Source of the DNA: a virus
Strand: one strand, 5' to 3'
Length of the DNA: 64,000 nucleotides
Virus record (IMG/VR): IMGVR_UViG_3300042291_001568
Location: 1 to 64,000 of that record
Each line of letters starts with the position of its first letter. Positions within the stretch are counted from its first letter, which is position 1. Positions 1 through 9,904 of the stretch are shown here, in pieces. The notes below the pieces were generated by a model, which saw only the letters and a list, made by a program, of their open reading frames with translations, ran no database searches and was not told the origin of the DNA. A program made the position numbers and the translations under genes.

Positions 1-198
1 AAGTACGATAAAAAAGGAAAAATCATTGCTCTTTCACGAGGTTTTATTTTTGAGAATCGTGGCACAGAGTACGCTGCTGGTCTTACCACTCAAGGAGAGA
101 CCTTCCTTATTAGTTACGGAAGTAGCGATGTTTCATCTCATATAGCGATACTGCCTCAAAAGCTAGTATTTGCCTCATTGCTGCCAGTGCCAGAGTAA
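1..198 (+). CDS. C-terminal end of a protein starting before the window (GH130/beta-propeller-like tail)
   Basis: Frame +1 is open from base 1 to TAA at 196-198. Translation ...GTEYAAGL...FLISYGSSD resembles propeller-blade ends of glycosidase-like phage proteins. Confidence 0.5.
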   Translation, partial: KYDKKGKIIALSRGFIFENRGTEYAAGLTTQGETFLISYGSSDVSSHIAILPQKLVFASLLPVPE

Positions 199-216
199 AA
201 TTAGTAAAATCATATT

Positions 217-399
217 ATGGTAGTTACATATATGAATAAGAGTATTTTGATGAAAATGGATAAGAGTACTTTCGTCTATGTCAAAGATCTTGAGTACCAG
301 ATTGAAGACCTCAGTCGTGCGTTAGCCGAGGCAAATGAAAAAATAGAGTCGCTTTACGAGGAAAAGTCACAAGCGTCTCTTGGCGACTTAACCGCGTGA
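217..399 (+). CDS. hypothetical protein (short coiled coil)
   Basis: 60-aa ORF whose stop overlaps the next start (GTGA). Confidence 0.55.
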   Translation: MVVTYMNKSILMKMDKSTFVYVKDLEYQIEDLSRALAEANEKIESLYEEKSQASLGDLTA

Positions 400-626
400 C
401 TGAGCTATCGTACGACACAATCACTGTACACATGCAAGGAAAAGACATGTTTGCCCACTACGCGGAGGCAGAAGAAATTACCCGAGCATTAGTTGAGGGA
501 ATTCCAATTGTTGCAATGTGCGGAAAGATATGGATCCCCACAAGGGCGCCTGACAGCTTTCCTATATGCCCACGGTGCAAAGAAATGTACGATCAATTGT
601 CTTGGCTGACCAACGGCAGAGTATAA
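396..626 (+). CDS. DUF3039 domain protein
   Basis: ALVEGIPIVAMCGKIWIPTR...PICPRCKEMY matches the actinobacterial DUF3039 pattern. Confidence 0.85.
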   Translation: MTELSYDTITVHMQGKDMFAHYAEAEEITRALVEGIPIVAMCGKIWIPTRAPDSFPICPRCKEMYDQLSWLTNGRV

Positions 627-677
627 TTTCATACATCCTTCTTTTGAAGATTGCCTAGCCAACCGTGGAGTTTATAT

Positions 678-2726
678 ATGTCATCAATGTTTTCCTTTCG
701 TGTTTCTGACGATTTCCTTAGTGGGTATAGGACAAAGAGCGCTCCGTTTGGATACCGCGATGCTGGTGGAAACTCAGTTGGTGAAATTACTTTTTTAAGG
801 ACGTATTCACGTCTTAAGGAAGACGGCACAAAAGAGACATGGGTTGATGTTTGCGAGCGAGTAATCAATGGTATGTACTCGTTGCAAAAAGATCATTGCA
901 AAACAAACCGTCTTCCGTGGAACGATACAAAAGCTCAAGCATCGGCAAAAGAAGCTTTTGATCGTTTGTTCAATTTGAAGTGGACACCGCCTGGAAGAGG
1001 CTTATGGGTAATGGGTACGCCACTTGTCAATGTTCAGAAGAACTCTGCTGCATTGCAAAACTGTGCTTTTGTGTCTACAAGCGAGATGACAAAGAACAAC
1101 CCTGCGCGTCCTTTTGCATTTCTTATGGAAGCGTCAATGCTTGGCGTCGGCGTCGGGTTCAACGATAAAGGCGCAGACAAAGATTTCACTATTTACGAGC
1201 CCATAGTTTCCGACGTCCCTAATGTCTATGTAGTACCAGACACCAGAGAAGGTTGGGTTGAGTCTGTGGCGCTGGCTATCAACTCGTATCTTAAAGCTGA
1301 TCAAGATGCAGTTGTGTTTGACTATTCTTTGGTTCGTCCGCTTGGTGCGCCAATCAAGACGTTTGGTGGAACTGCTGCGGGGCACGAGCCACTCGAGCGA
1401 CTTCACAAGTACATTGCTAAGACATTCGGCAACCGAGCTGGAGAAAAGGTTACACGCAAGGATATTGCAGACATCGGTAACTTAATTGGTGTTTGCGTTG
1501 TATCTGGAAACGTACGACGTTCTGCTGAATTGTTAATTGGACGAATTGATGATGATGAGTTTCTTAACCTTAAGAATGCAGAAGTATTCCCAGAAAGAAA
1601 TTCGTATGATCCAGCCACACCTGGGTGGGGGTGGATGTCAAACAACTCTGTTGAGACGTCTGTTGGGACGGACTTATCTAGAATTGTTGACGGCATCGCT
1701 CGCAACGGAGAACCTGGAGTTATTTGGTTAGACATGTCACGCAAGTACGGACGTCTTGCCGACCCTGCTAACAATAAAGACTGGCGTGTAGCTGGGTACA
1801 ATCCTTGCGCAGAACAGTCGCTTGAGTCGTACGAGTGTTGCACACTTGTTGAGACATACCTTAATCGTCATGAATCTCTTGAAGACTATAAGCGTACATT
1901 GAAGTTTGCTTACCTTTACGCTAAGACAGTTACACTGCTTCCAACGCATTGGGAAGAGACTAACGCAATCATGCAGCGTAATCGCCGCATTGGCACTTCA
2001 ATGTCTGGTGTCGCTAACTTTGCTGACCGTGTTGGACTACCAACGCTTCGTGAGTGGATGGACGCTGGGTACGCGACGATCAAGAACTATGACGTAACTT
2101 ACTCTGAATGGTTAGGTATTCGGGAATCAATCAAGATGACAACTGTCAAGCCGTCTGGCACAGTTTCAATCCTTGCTGGTGAGTCGCCTGGAGTTCACTG
2201 GACACCGGGTGGAAAGTACTTTGACCGAGCTATCCGTTTTGCTAATGAAGATCCTATGCTGCCACTGTTCAAAATGGCAAACTACCGTATTGAACCAGCG
2301 TCAGAGTCTCCAAAGACTACTAGCGTTGTTTTCTTTCCAATCAAATCAGATGCGGAACGCGCAGAACGAGATGTAACAATTTTTGAAAAGATGTCGCTTG
2401 CGGCTGTTGCCCAGCGTTACTGGTCAGATAACTCAGTCTCTGTAACCATCTCATTTGACCCTGAGACCGAGTCTGAGCACGTGGGGACGGTTCTTCACAT
2501 GTACGACGGCCAGCTCAAGACAGTGTCATTCTTGCCCTCTGGGAACGCTACATATCCGCAGATGCCATACACTCAGATTACTGAAGAAAAATATAATGAA
2601 GCATCTGCAAAGCTTTTCCCAATTGACTTTTCTGGAGTCTATGGTGGACTTGCCGCAGATGCTATTGGCGAGGCGTACTGCACAACAGACGCTTGCGAAA
2701 TAAAGTTCATAAAGAACAACCAATAA
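678..2726 (+). CDS. nrdJ: adenosylcobalamin-dependent (class II) ribonucleotide reductase
   Basis: Motifs FLRTYSR, PPGRGLW, LQNC, NPCAEQ, TTVKPSGTVS and C-terminal CxxxxC (YCTTDAC). GGAG RBS before ATG 678. No intein visible. Confidence 0.95.
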   Translation: MSSMFSFRVSDDFLSGYRTKSAPFGYRDAGGNSVGEITFLRTYSRLKEDGTKETWVDVCERVINGMYSLQKDHCKTNRLPWNDTKAQASAKEAFDRLFNLKWTPPGRGLWVMGTPLVNVQKNSAALQNCAFVSTSEMTKNNPARPFAFLMEASMLGVGVGFNDKGADKDFTIYEPIVSDVPNVYVVPDTREGWVESVALAINSYLKADQDAVVFDYSLVRPLGAPIKTFGGTAAGHEPLERLHKYIAKTFGNRAGEKVTRKDIADIGNLIGVCVVSGNVRRSAELLIGRIDDDEFLNLKNAEVFPERNSYDPATPGWGWMSNNSVETSVGTDLSRIVDGIARNGEPGVIWLDMSRKYGRLADPANNKDWRVAGYNPCAEQSLESYECCTLVETYLNRHESLEDYKRTLKFAYLYAKTVTLLPTHWEETNAIMQRNRRIGTSMSGVANFADRVGLPTLREWMDAGYATIKNYDVTYSEWLGIRESIKMTTVKPSGTVSILAGESPGVHWTPGGKYFDRAIRFANEDPMLPLFKMANYRIEPASESPKTTSVVFFPIKSDAERAERDVTIFEKMSLAAVAQRYWSDNSVSVTISFDPETESEHVGTVLHMYDGQLKTVSFLPSGNATYPQMPYTQITEEKYNEASAKLFPIDFSGVYGGLAADAIGEAYCTTDACEIKFIKNNQ

Positions 2727-2778
2727 ATGAGATAAAATGGTCTTATCCTGGAGAGGGCAATTACTCTAGGAGAGATAC

Positions 2779-3018
2779 GTGGAACAAGTTAAAAACATCC
2801 TGATGAGGATTATTGCTACATTTGCTGCTAGCGGCCTAGGCGTCATCGGCGCCGGTGCGATCGCAGGAGTGCCGTTGTACAAAGCAGTCTTTATGGCAGG
2901 CATCGCCGGTGTTGCTATGGTCGTCGAAGGACTCAGCCGAGCATTCTTAGACGATGGCAAATTGTCAGTTGCAGAAATCAATCAAGTTTTTGCTAAGGTA
3001 GACCGAAAGCAAGAGTAA
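2779..3018 (+). CDS. small two-TM membrane protein (holin-like)
   Basis: Two hydrophobic helices and a charged C-terminus (FLDDGKLSVAEINQVF). Confidence 0.65.
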   Translation: MEQVKNILMRIIATFAASGLGVIGAGAIAGVPLYKAVFMAGIAGVAMVVEGLSRAFLDDGKLSVAEINQVFAKVDRKQE

Positions 3019-3128
3019 CGCTTTTGATAAATTAACTTTAGATGCTGAAGTTAGTCCACAAGCTTAAAGTTGTATATTGGATTGCAAGCCTGTGGCTAAT
3101 TATTGTTTACATACGAAAGGCACTAAAA

Positions 3129-3305
3129 ATGACTATTGCTATTGCTGAAGAAATAGTTAAGCTATCTAGTCTTGAAAGTGCGATTAAGATTATTGATGAC
3201 GCGTTGCTTGAAATTGTTGCACAAACAATATGTTCAACTGCAACAATGTCAGATACTCTTTTAGACATTAGGCAACTAATTACTCAAAATATGTTAAAGG
3301 ATTAA
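3129..3305 (+). CDS. hypothetical protein
   Basis: GAAAGG RBS before ATG 3129; 58 aa. Confidence 0.6.
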   Translation: MTIAIAEEIVKLSSLESAIKIIDDALLEIVAQTICSTATMSDTLLDIRQLITQNMLKD

Positions 3306-3343
3306 GCCGTATCGCCGTAGGCGATGGTATTATTTGATGTAAC

Positions 3344-3667
3344 ATGGAACTATACAAAATACGCATTATAGACACAGACACAACCTGGTTAGCTCAAGCA
3401 AGTTGCAAAGGAAAGTCTGATCTTTTCTTTGGCCACATTTCTGAGAGACCTTCGGCAAAAGCTAAACGTGAACAGGAAGCCGCTGCAATTTGTGCTGCCT
3501 GTGAAGTATCTACGGAGTGTAGAGAATACGCTAGAAGAAACAATGAGCACGGCTTTTGGGGCGGCGAAAACGAAGACGAACGCTACGCTGGTGGATTCCT
3601 TAAGGACCCGACAATATCCAGAAGGATAAAAGCTAGAACAGCTCGAGGCGGTTGCACGCCTAGCTAA
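3344..3667 (+). CDS. whiB: WhiB-family transcription factor
   Basis: WxxxAxC, LFF, CxxCxVxxEC and GFWGG turn (4 Cys). Confidence 0.92.
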   Translation: MELYKIRIIDTDTTWLAQASCKGKSDLFFGHISERPSAKAKREQEAAAICAACEVSTECREYARRNNEHGFWGGENEDERYAGGFLKDPTISRRIKARTARGGCTPS

Positions 3668-3947
3668 GCGTATTTAATACTGCGTCAACCGCTTCTGCGG
3701 CTGACTGTTCTTTATTTTTTCCAGCAGCCATTAGTCCTAAGATTGCATCTGTTATTCTAATTGAGGCCCTGTGCAAATCCTCGTGCGCATACCCGTCGTG
3801 AGCAAGCGCGGCGTACGTTGTGTCATACATATCTTTGTAATTCATATGTGAGATTTTACACCAACCAGCATTCCACATTGCTGTACGCATTTCATCTGTG
3901 TCTGACATGCTACTTGTTCCTATCTGCCATTGCTTTGTATTTTGCAA
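3660..3947 (-). CDS. hypothetical protein
   Basis: 95-aa ORF, last gene of the minus-strand block, convergent with whiB. Confidence 0.6.
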   Translation of the reverse strand: MQNTKQWQIGTSSMSDTDEMRTAMWNAGWCKISHMNYKDMYDTTYAALAHDGYAHEDLHRASIRITDAILGLMAAGKNKEQSAAEAVDAVLNTLS

Positions 3948-4049
3948 GCTCTTGCTTCATATTTTTAATGTCTGGATCTATCCACCATCTATGGAAGAAG
4001 TACCCGGAGACGTGTCCCAGTACAACGTATAGTACTTTTACAAACATAG

Positions 4050-4253
4050 TCAGTAGCTTTCTCTTTGTAGCGCCTGTAGCATTTGCATATCGCTTGCTTT
4101 TTCTTCTATTATTCTATTTAACCTGTCTATTTCTTTTTGCTGCCTAGCGAGCAAGCGCCTGCACTTGCTAGCAATAAATGCTGTAGTGATAATACCAACT
4201 AAGCACAGCGTGATGATTTGCGCGCTACTCATTGACGAATGTAATTGGCTCAA
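4050..4253 (-). CDS. small membrane protein with coiled coil
   Basis: N-terminal hydrophobic helix followed by a heptad-like tail. Confidence 0.55.
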   Translation of the reverse strand: MSQLHSSMSSAQIITLCLVGIITTAFIASKCRRLLARQQKEIDRLNRIIEEKASDMQMLQALQRESY

Positions 4254-4578
4254 CAGTCACAGTCGGACAGTCACAGTACTTGGTAGTGAATTTGACAATA
4301 AGATGATACTCAGTAGTTGGAGAAGACCCATATCGTCGTGACCGCTTGTCTGCTACCAGTGCTTCAATTGGCGCTTCGCAGAGCGGGCACGACAGCGTGA
4401 TTTGTTTTCCTATGTCGTAGCTAACCGCCGCAAGAGCGTCTTCAGTTGAATGAAACTTTATTTCAGAGTCAGAGTCTAGTTCTAAGTCTGCGAGGTCATC
4501 GTTGCCTGGAGTGATCATATACTTTGTCACAGCCGGTACTGGGACTGCTGTTGTGTATGAAGTTGTTGATCTTGTCAT
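4225..4578 (-). CDS. hypothetical protein with CxxC/CxC motifs
   Basis: 117 aa; CPLC and CDC motifs. Confidence 0.55.
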   Translation of the reverse strand: MTRSTTSYTTAVPVPAVTKYMITPGNDDLADLELDSDSEIKFHSTEDALAAVSYDIGKQITLSCPLCEAPIEALVADKRSRRYGSSPTTEYHLIVKFTTKYCDCPTVTVEPITFVNE

Positions 4579-4740
4579 AGTTGCTTTTTTTCTTCTTCGT
4601 TTTGTTCTTTATTGTCGAGAGAGTTCGGTATAAGCTCGGCGTGATTGTGTAGCATGCATTGCTCTGATTCTTCAAACCAGGATATTACATTTGCTATAGT
4701 TACATTTACGTTCTTCACAAAAGCACCATTCCTTTTTATT

Positions 4741-5547
4741 TTATAGCTCAGTAGTAATGATCATGTGGTCGTCGTACGCGTATTGAGTGTCTGGCGGAGA
4801 GGCACTTACAGTAAGAGCCCGTAGGAGCCATCTGTCTGTTCCATCGTATCTGGCAGTAAATGATTTTCTACCGTGCACTAGTTTATGATTGTCCAGTGTC
4901 AACACGTCTCCTGCTTGAAGAGATACTTCTTTTGTGTTGTCTGCTATCGCTATAGTAATGGCGTCTAGAGCTTCTTGGGCTTGGAAAGTTTTCCCTCGCA
5001 TAAAGAACTGGTCAAAACAGATTTCTAATCCGTTAGGCGTGTCTCTTAAGATAGGCAAAAGCACGCTTCTATTCGGCTCTCCATTCGTGCGGAAGCTTTC
5101 ATCTATTGCCGTAACAAACAACGGCTCTTTTAAGCAAGAGATTGTTTTTTTGTCTAGTGACGCAACTATGCTGTCAACTGTTGCAAAAGTAGTAAACGCC
5201 TCTGTGTCTCCGCGCAAGCACATCAAAATTACCTTGGACGGCGGATATGGATGAAATGCTGTTTCGGTGTGGAGCTCTAGGTTTGTCTTTGAAGATGAAG
5301 ATATTTGTGCTGTTTCTAGTTTCTTAATTGGAAAGATACTCTGGATTAGACGACCATTTTGTTCTTGCTTGTATCCTGTCGGTATTCCATTTTTATAAGC
5401 TATTTTTCTAAGGACACTAATTGCCTGGTCTATTTGCGGTGTTTCATCTAAAGACGTCGGCGTAGGAGGTATTTCGCCAATGTCTGCACCTTTGACTAGT
5501 TCCCAGCTCATTGGTTTGTCATTTCCAAAAGTCCAAATACTCGGCAA
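4741..5547 (-). CDS. Fe(II)/2-oxoglutarate oxygenase, clavaminate synthase/AsnO-like (TauD/TfdA superfamily)
   Basis: HxE iron motif (LELHTETAFHPYPP), DNHKLVHGR distal His, RYDGTDRWLLR 2OG-binding Arg. Confidence 0.88.
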   Translation of the reverse strand: MPSIWTFGNDKPMSWELVKGADIGEIPPTPTSLDETPQIDQAISVLRKIAYKNGIPTGYKQEQNGRLIQSIFPIKKLETAQISSSSKTNLELHTETAFHPYPPSKVILMCLRGDTEAFTTFATVDSIVASLDKKTISCLKEPLFVTAIDESFRTNGEPNRSVLLPILRDTPNGLEICFDQFFMRGKTFQAQEALDAITIAIADNTKEVSLQAGDVLTLDNHKLVHGRKSFTARYDGTDRWLLRALTVSASPPDTQYAYDDHMIITTEL

Positions 5548-5764
5548 CTAATGCGAAGTACTCCTCGGAAACTTCTTGATTTTCCAGCAAACGTTCATTT
5601 GCTATTAGGAAAGCGTATGTCTTATCTAATAAGTCAAGACGAGCAGCCAAGTCCAGTAAAAAGTCTGGGTACAGCATGATTTGTACTCTGTCCTCCGCGT
5701 ATATCTCCCCAAGCAACCGTAAGAGGTCTTGAGGCGTCTCGCCTTCGTTGTCAAACTTCGGCAT
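5519..5764 (-). CDS. hypothetical protein
   Basis: Probable start at ATG 5764 (MPKFDNE), overlapping the stop of a small upstream ORF. Confidence 0.55.
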   Translation of the reverse strand: MPKFDNEGETPQDLLRLLGEIYAEDRVQIMLYPDFLLDLAARLDLLDKTYAFLIANERLLENQEVSEEYFALVAEYLDFWK

Positions 5765-5915
5765 GCCAGTGCTTACGCTTTTTGATTTTGTATCCATGTA
5801 TTTTTAGCTCTTCAATGATGTGCTCTGGGATACCTCCCCAAAAGACAATACCTTTATGCACGAGCGCATTCTTTATGACTTCTTCTTTTTTTGAGTGTGT
5901 TGTTTGCGCAAGCAC
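5751..5915 (-). CDS. hypothetical protein (54 aa, below ORF-track cutoff)
   Basis: GTG-started ORF (LAQTTHSKKEEVIKNAL...KHWHAEV) that fills the gap between its neighbours. Confidence 0.35.
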   Translation of the reverse strand: MLAQTTHSKKEEVIKNALVHKGIVFWGGIPEHIIEELKIHGYKIKKRKHWHAEV

Positions 5916-5921
5916 TGGCGG

Positions 5922-6389
5922 TTATACTTCTCGAAGCGTGTGCCGATTTACTCCGTAGTATAGCGGCGCAGCATTCTTAATTCCAAGACCTTTTGCAATC
6001 GCTCCAAGTGAGACTCCATTTTTGTAGTACTCAGTTGAAAGTTGCCTGTGATACGCGCGTGTTCCGCCAGTTTGTTTAGCCAAACGTACTCGCTCAATTG
6101 CAGCAGCAATTTCGTCCGCGGCAAGATTCTTATTTGTCCACGAGTTTAACGCTGAAGGTGTCTTTGCTGTGAATACCCTTCTCCGCATTCCAGAGTAGGC
6201 TACGCCTAGTTCATTGGCAAGGCGCAATAGACTTCCGTCTTTTTCTGTGTACTCAATAAGCAGCGCTGTGTACGCTTTGCTTGCAATATGCGCAGGCGTA
6301 GTTTGGTTCCTAGAGCCGTAGGCTTTTTTAGCTAACTCAAGCATTGGCTTGATTTTTTCGGCGTATTCTTTAGTGAGCTCTTCGCTCAT
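5922..6389 (-). CDS. putative DNA-binding protein with two HTH-like segments
   Basis: SLLRLANELGVAYSGMRRRV and VSLGAIAKGLG are HTH-like. Confidence 0.6.
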   Translation of the reverse strand: MSEELTKEYAEKIKPMLELAKKAYGSRNQTTPAHIASKAYTALLIEYTEKDGSLLRLANELGVAYSGMRRRVFTAKTPSALNSWTNKNLAADEIAAAIERVRLAKQTGGTRAYHRQLSTEYYKNGVSLGAIAKGLGIKNAAPLYYGVNRHTLREV

Positions 6390-6481
6390 AAGTGTATGTC
6401 TCCTTGTGTGCAGCTACGGAGGGTGTAGCTGTCTGGTTCATTATACCTAAGAAATAATAATTCTCGTGCCTAACTTCGGAA

Positions 6482-7141
6482 TTATTTAGTTTTCTTACGA
6501 CTTTCTTTTCGCAGGGTTTCCCATGTAGTTAGATCTACAGGGTAGTCAAAGTCTTCTGTCCAGTCGTCTATATCTATATAGTGCGAATTAGTAAATAGGT
6601 CCTGGCTAGTTGGCCCTGTAGTTGCTTTGTACCAAGCCCATTCTGCATTTTCTGAGCAGGCGCCAACAGAAATTGCGTGAAGTAGCGTTTGCAAGAGACT
6701 GTCTGCCTGTGAAGAATGGAAAGAAAACGCAAAGATCTCTTTACGTTGTTTTCCAGTTATCTTTGAACCGTTTTTTCTTAAGAACCACTTAAACGAGTCT
6801 TTGTTTTTCATTATCTTGTTCACTGCGTCAGGCGTAAACCACACGTCACCAAAAACAATAACTGTTCTACCATCTGGATTCCAAAGTGCCTTAGATGATA
6901 AAAACTTTGCTGCGTCCTGCCAGAAAGTATTTGAAGTCTTAATGATGTACAGCTTTGCGCCGTCAATAGCGTATGAGCTGTCTGGCGCAACAATGCACAC
7001 TTGATCTGTGTACTTCAAGAACTGATTAGCTGTTCGCTTAATAAGTACTTCTTTTTCCACTACAGTAAGATGTCTTGGCGTGCCATTGTGATTGGCCCAG
7101 CGTCTGTCTGCTCCTGCGGCGACGATAAGTACTCGGGTCAT
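6482..7141 (-). CDS. sugar/phosphocholine nucleotidyltransferase-like (GT-A NTP transferase)
   Basis: N-terminal VLIVAAGADRRW...PRHL, IVFGDV, and a C-terminal DFD metal-binding motif. Confidence 0.75.
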   Translation of the reverse strand: MTRVLIVAAGADRRWANHNGTPRHLTVVEKEVLIKRTANQFLKYTDQVCIVAPDSSYAIDGAKLYIIKTSNTFWQDAAKFLSSKALWNPDGRTVIVFGDVWFTPDAVNKIMKNKDSFKWFLRKNGSKITGKQRKEIFAFSFHSSQADSLLQTLLHAISVGACSENAEWAWYKATTGPTSQDLFTNSHYIDIDDWTEDFDYPVDLTTWETLRKESRKKTK

Positions 7142-7155
7142 ACGCTTACTATATC

Positions 7156-8937
7156 TTATGAAGTGCGAGTAGGCGTGAATTTTGTAGATTGCTTTTTAAC
7201 TACTAACCACTGTAGTTTTTTACTCTTTTTTTGACATACGTACGTACGGCCATTTAGTTTCTTTTGTTGCTTTACCTTTTTGCACGATTGCGCGTAATTG
7301 ACTTTGTTAGCTATAGTGGTCGTTGGCGTAGCAGTGTCAACTGCCATTGGTGCCGTTGGCATGGCCGTCGCTATGGTAGAACTAGTAGAGGAGGTAGACG
7401 ATGTTTCATTGGGTACTTGTGTGGTTGTGGGTGGCGGCGTCTGTGACTGTTTCGCTGGCGATGTTGGTTGTTCTTTTTGTTCTTCTTGCGGACTTGAAGG
7501 GATCGTGGTACTGGAAGAAGAAGTTGTAGGAGGAAGAGTTGTTGTTGATGTAGTTGCAGTCGTTGTCGGCTGAACTGTAGTTGTTGTAGTTGTAGTTGTA
7601 GTTGTAGTTGTAGGCGCAACAGTAGTTGGTGTCGTTGGTGTCGTTGGTGTCGTTGGTGTCGTTGTTGTTGTAGTTTCTGGGATAGTTGTAGTTGACGTTG
7701 TAGTTGACGTTGTAGTTGCAGGGGCTGGAGCAGGGGCTGGAGCCTCAGTAAGCATAGGCTGATAGTTGTTGAACAATAGCAAATTGACAGTGTCCGCTGG
7801 TAGCGTGCTAATTGCATTAGGCGTTGATTGCGATACAATTTGAGTGTGCACCTCTTGCGGTGTCCATGTTGGATGCTGTTCTAGTATCTGCGCTACCACT
7901 CCTGCCGCGTGCGGAGCAGCCATTGACGTGCCAGAGCGGCCTCGCAGAATTGTTGACGAACCGTACCACGCTGAAACTACATCTGCCCCTGGAGCAAATA
8001 TGTCAACGCAGGGGCCGTAATTTGAGTAGGACGCTCTTGCATTGCTTGGCACTATCGCAGCAACTGTGAGTGCTGTTTGTTCCGAAGCCATCGCATAGTC
8101 GCACGCGTTTGCGTTGTTGTTGCCTGCAGCGACTACTACTGTGATTCCATCGCTAATTGCACTGACAATCGCATCGTTCAAAATTAACGACATGCCTGCG
8201 CCTATACTTAGATTGGCCACGGCTGGAACACCTGATTGGTGGTGAGCTATCATCCAGTTGATACCAGCAAGCACAGTTGACACTGAACCAATGCCATTGC
8301 ACCCAGTCACGCGCACTGGAACAACACTTACGGCTTTAGCTACTCCGTAGACAGTTCCGCCAACAATCCCAGAGACATGGCTTCCATGGCCGTTGCAATC
8401 TTCAGTCCCTTTTCCATCGCTTATTGCTGAGTACCCAGGCTTTATTCTGTTTATGAATTCAGTGTGGCTGGAGTTTATTCCACTATCAATGACATATACG
8501 TCTACTCCATTGCCGCCATACTCGTATGAGTAGACGTCGTCAAGCACTGCACTGACTTGATCTATTCTGTCTAGTCCCCATTGAGGACGCCAGCCGTTGT
8601 TGTTTTGTAGCGATTGCTCTGTGCTTAAGCCAATCGCAGCATCTTTTTCTATGTACTCAACGCGAGTATTTTGTTTAAGCGCTGTGTACTCTTCGTCAGT
8701 TAAATTTGCCAAAAATCCAGATGTAGCTAAAGTGAATGTGCGAATGACATCTGTGCCGCGGCTGACTTCCGTACTCACAAAGTTCTGAGTAGATACGCCG
8801 TCTCGGAGTGCTACTATGTATGGAGTAGCTTGAGTGTTGTCAGCGCGCGCAACACTCACTGGAGCGAGCAGCACACTTAATGCAACTATTGATTTAATAG
8901 TTCTATTTGTCATTTGGTCTCTGTGTCTTTTTGTCAT
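7156..8937 (-). CDS. secreted S8 subtilisin-like serine protease (I9 propeptide, Thr/Pro stalk, basic C-terminal module)
   Basis: Signal peptide, I9-like prodomain, QWGLDRID, catalytic triad VIDSG / HGSHV / GTSMAAPH, long T/P/S linker, C-terminal CKK...YVCQKKSKKLQW. Confidence 0.93.
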   Translation of the reverse strand: MTKRHRDQMTNRTIKSIVALSVLLAPVSVARADNTQATPYIVALRDGVSTQNFVSTEVSRGTDVIRTFTLATSGFLANLTDEEYTALKQNTRVEYIEKDAAIGLSTEQSLQNNNGWRPQWGLDRIDQVSAVLDDVYSYEYGGNGVDVYVIDSGINSSHTEFINRIKPGYSAISDGKGTEDCNGHGSHVSGIVGGTVYGVAKAVSVVPVRVTGCNGIGSVSTVLAGINWMIAHHQSGVPAVANLSIGAGMSLILNDAIVSAISDGITVVVAAGNNNANACDYAMASEQTALTVAAIVPSNARASYSNYGPCVDIFAPGADVVSAWYGSSTILRGRSGTSMAAPHAAGVVAQILEQHPTWTPQEVHTQIVSQSTPNAISTLPADTVNLLLFNNYQPMLTEAPAPAPAPATTTSTTTSTTTIPETTTTTTPTTPTTPTTPTTVAPTTTTTTTTTTTTVQPTTTATTSTTTLPPTTSSSSTTIPSSPQEEQKEQPTSPAKQSQTPPPTTTQVPNETSSTSSTSSTIATAMPTAPMAVDTATPTTTIANKVNYAQSCKKVKQQKKLNGRTYVCQKKSKKLQWLVVKKQSTKFTPTRTS

Positions 8938-9104
8938 TGTTGCTTATAGATCTAATAGTATCCTATTGTAGAAGAGAACTCACTCGCTTCTGCCCTGTCT
9001 TCGTGTAAAAGTAAGCATGGCAGGACCGATGATAAGGCCTATCTAATTCTTTGATACTAGGCAAACAGAGTATTTTTTATCCAGATAGGTGCCATAATAG
9101 ATCT

Positions 9105-9245
9105 ATGATCATTTTTCTTATCGCACTAATAGCTGTAACTGCCGCAGCTCATTTATTTCTTATGAAGTCAGTTGACAACTACTCTGGCTATGGCTACAAC
9201 AAACACGAGTGGGAAGTGTTCCAGTCTGAACGGCTTAAGTACTAG
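9105..9245 (+). CDS. small membrane protein
   Basis: 46 aa with an N-terminal TM helix; lone + strand gene inside the minus block. Confidence 0.5.
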   Translation: MIIFLIALIAVTAAAHLFLMKSVDNYSGYGYNKHEWEVFQSERLKY

Positions 9246-9248
9246 CGC

Positions 9249-9494
9249 TTAGGGTTCAATAAAGATGCATTCGCCGGGGCATTCCTCGGCGGATTCAATT
9301 ACGTCTTCAAGCCTATCGTCTGCGAAAGATGCTAAACCAGCCGCGCCTTCTGGGTTTCCCACAGATGAGGCAAATATCTTGTCGCCTTCTTTTACGTATG
9401 CCAAACCATCTGGCATCATCGTAAATACATCGGGAGCTATTTCTGCGCAGAGACCATCTCCAGTGCATAGGTCTTGGTCAATCCAGACTCTCAT
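9249..9494 (-). CDS. ferredoxin (single-cluster, actinobacterial type)
   Basis: VWIDQDLCTGDGLCAEIAPDVF...ECPGECI: CxxDxxC plus distal CP motif. Confidence 0.92.
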   Translation of the reverse strand: MRVWIDQDLCTGDGLCAEIAPDVFTMMPDGLAYVKEGDKIFASSVGNPEGAAGLASFADDRLEDVIESAEECPGECIFIEP

Positions 9495-9895
9495 TTGTTT
9501 TCAGAACGCTTCTTGCGGAGAGCTTCAAAGTCTTTTACTTTCGTGTCGCCCATGTACGGCCATGCGTACCCGCCTGCAATGAGAGCTTCATTGACTGAAA
9601 GTTCTGCGCCATCGAGGTAAAGCCAGCCGAGGATACGACCATACTTTTCTGAGCTGTCCATTTTTTCTGTCTTAATGACAATGGACTTTGCTTTTTCAAT
9701 GTCGTGCTTGAGCTTTTCTTTTACCTCAAGACCAAGAACTTTTTCTGCCTTGTCTGTTGTTCGCGACTCTGGAGTATCAATGCCAGCAAGACGAACACGA
9801 GACGAGAACGAGATGTCAAAGCCAAGATCGATGTCAACATCAATGGTGTCGCCGTCTACAATTTTGTTTACTTTTTTTACGTAGTATGTGAACAT
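9491..9895 (-). CDS. thermonuclease (SNase-like)
   Basis: VDGDTIDV, RVRLAGIDTPE, KYGRILG, NEALIAGGYA. Confidence 0.9.
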   Translation of the reverse strand: MFTYYVKKVNKIVDGDTIDVDIDLGFDISFSSRVRLAGIDTPESRTTDKAEKVLGLEVKEKLKHDIEKAKSIVIKTEKMDSSEKYGRILGWLYLDGAELSVNEALIAGGYAWPYMGDTKVKDFEALRKKRSENK

Positions 9896-9904
9896 GTCTA
9901 TATT

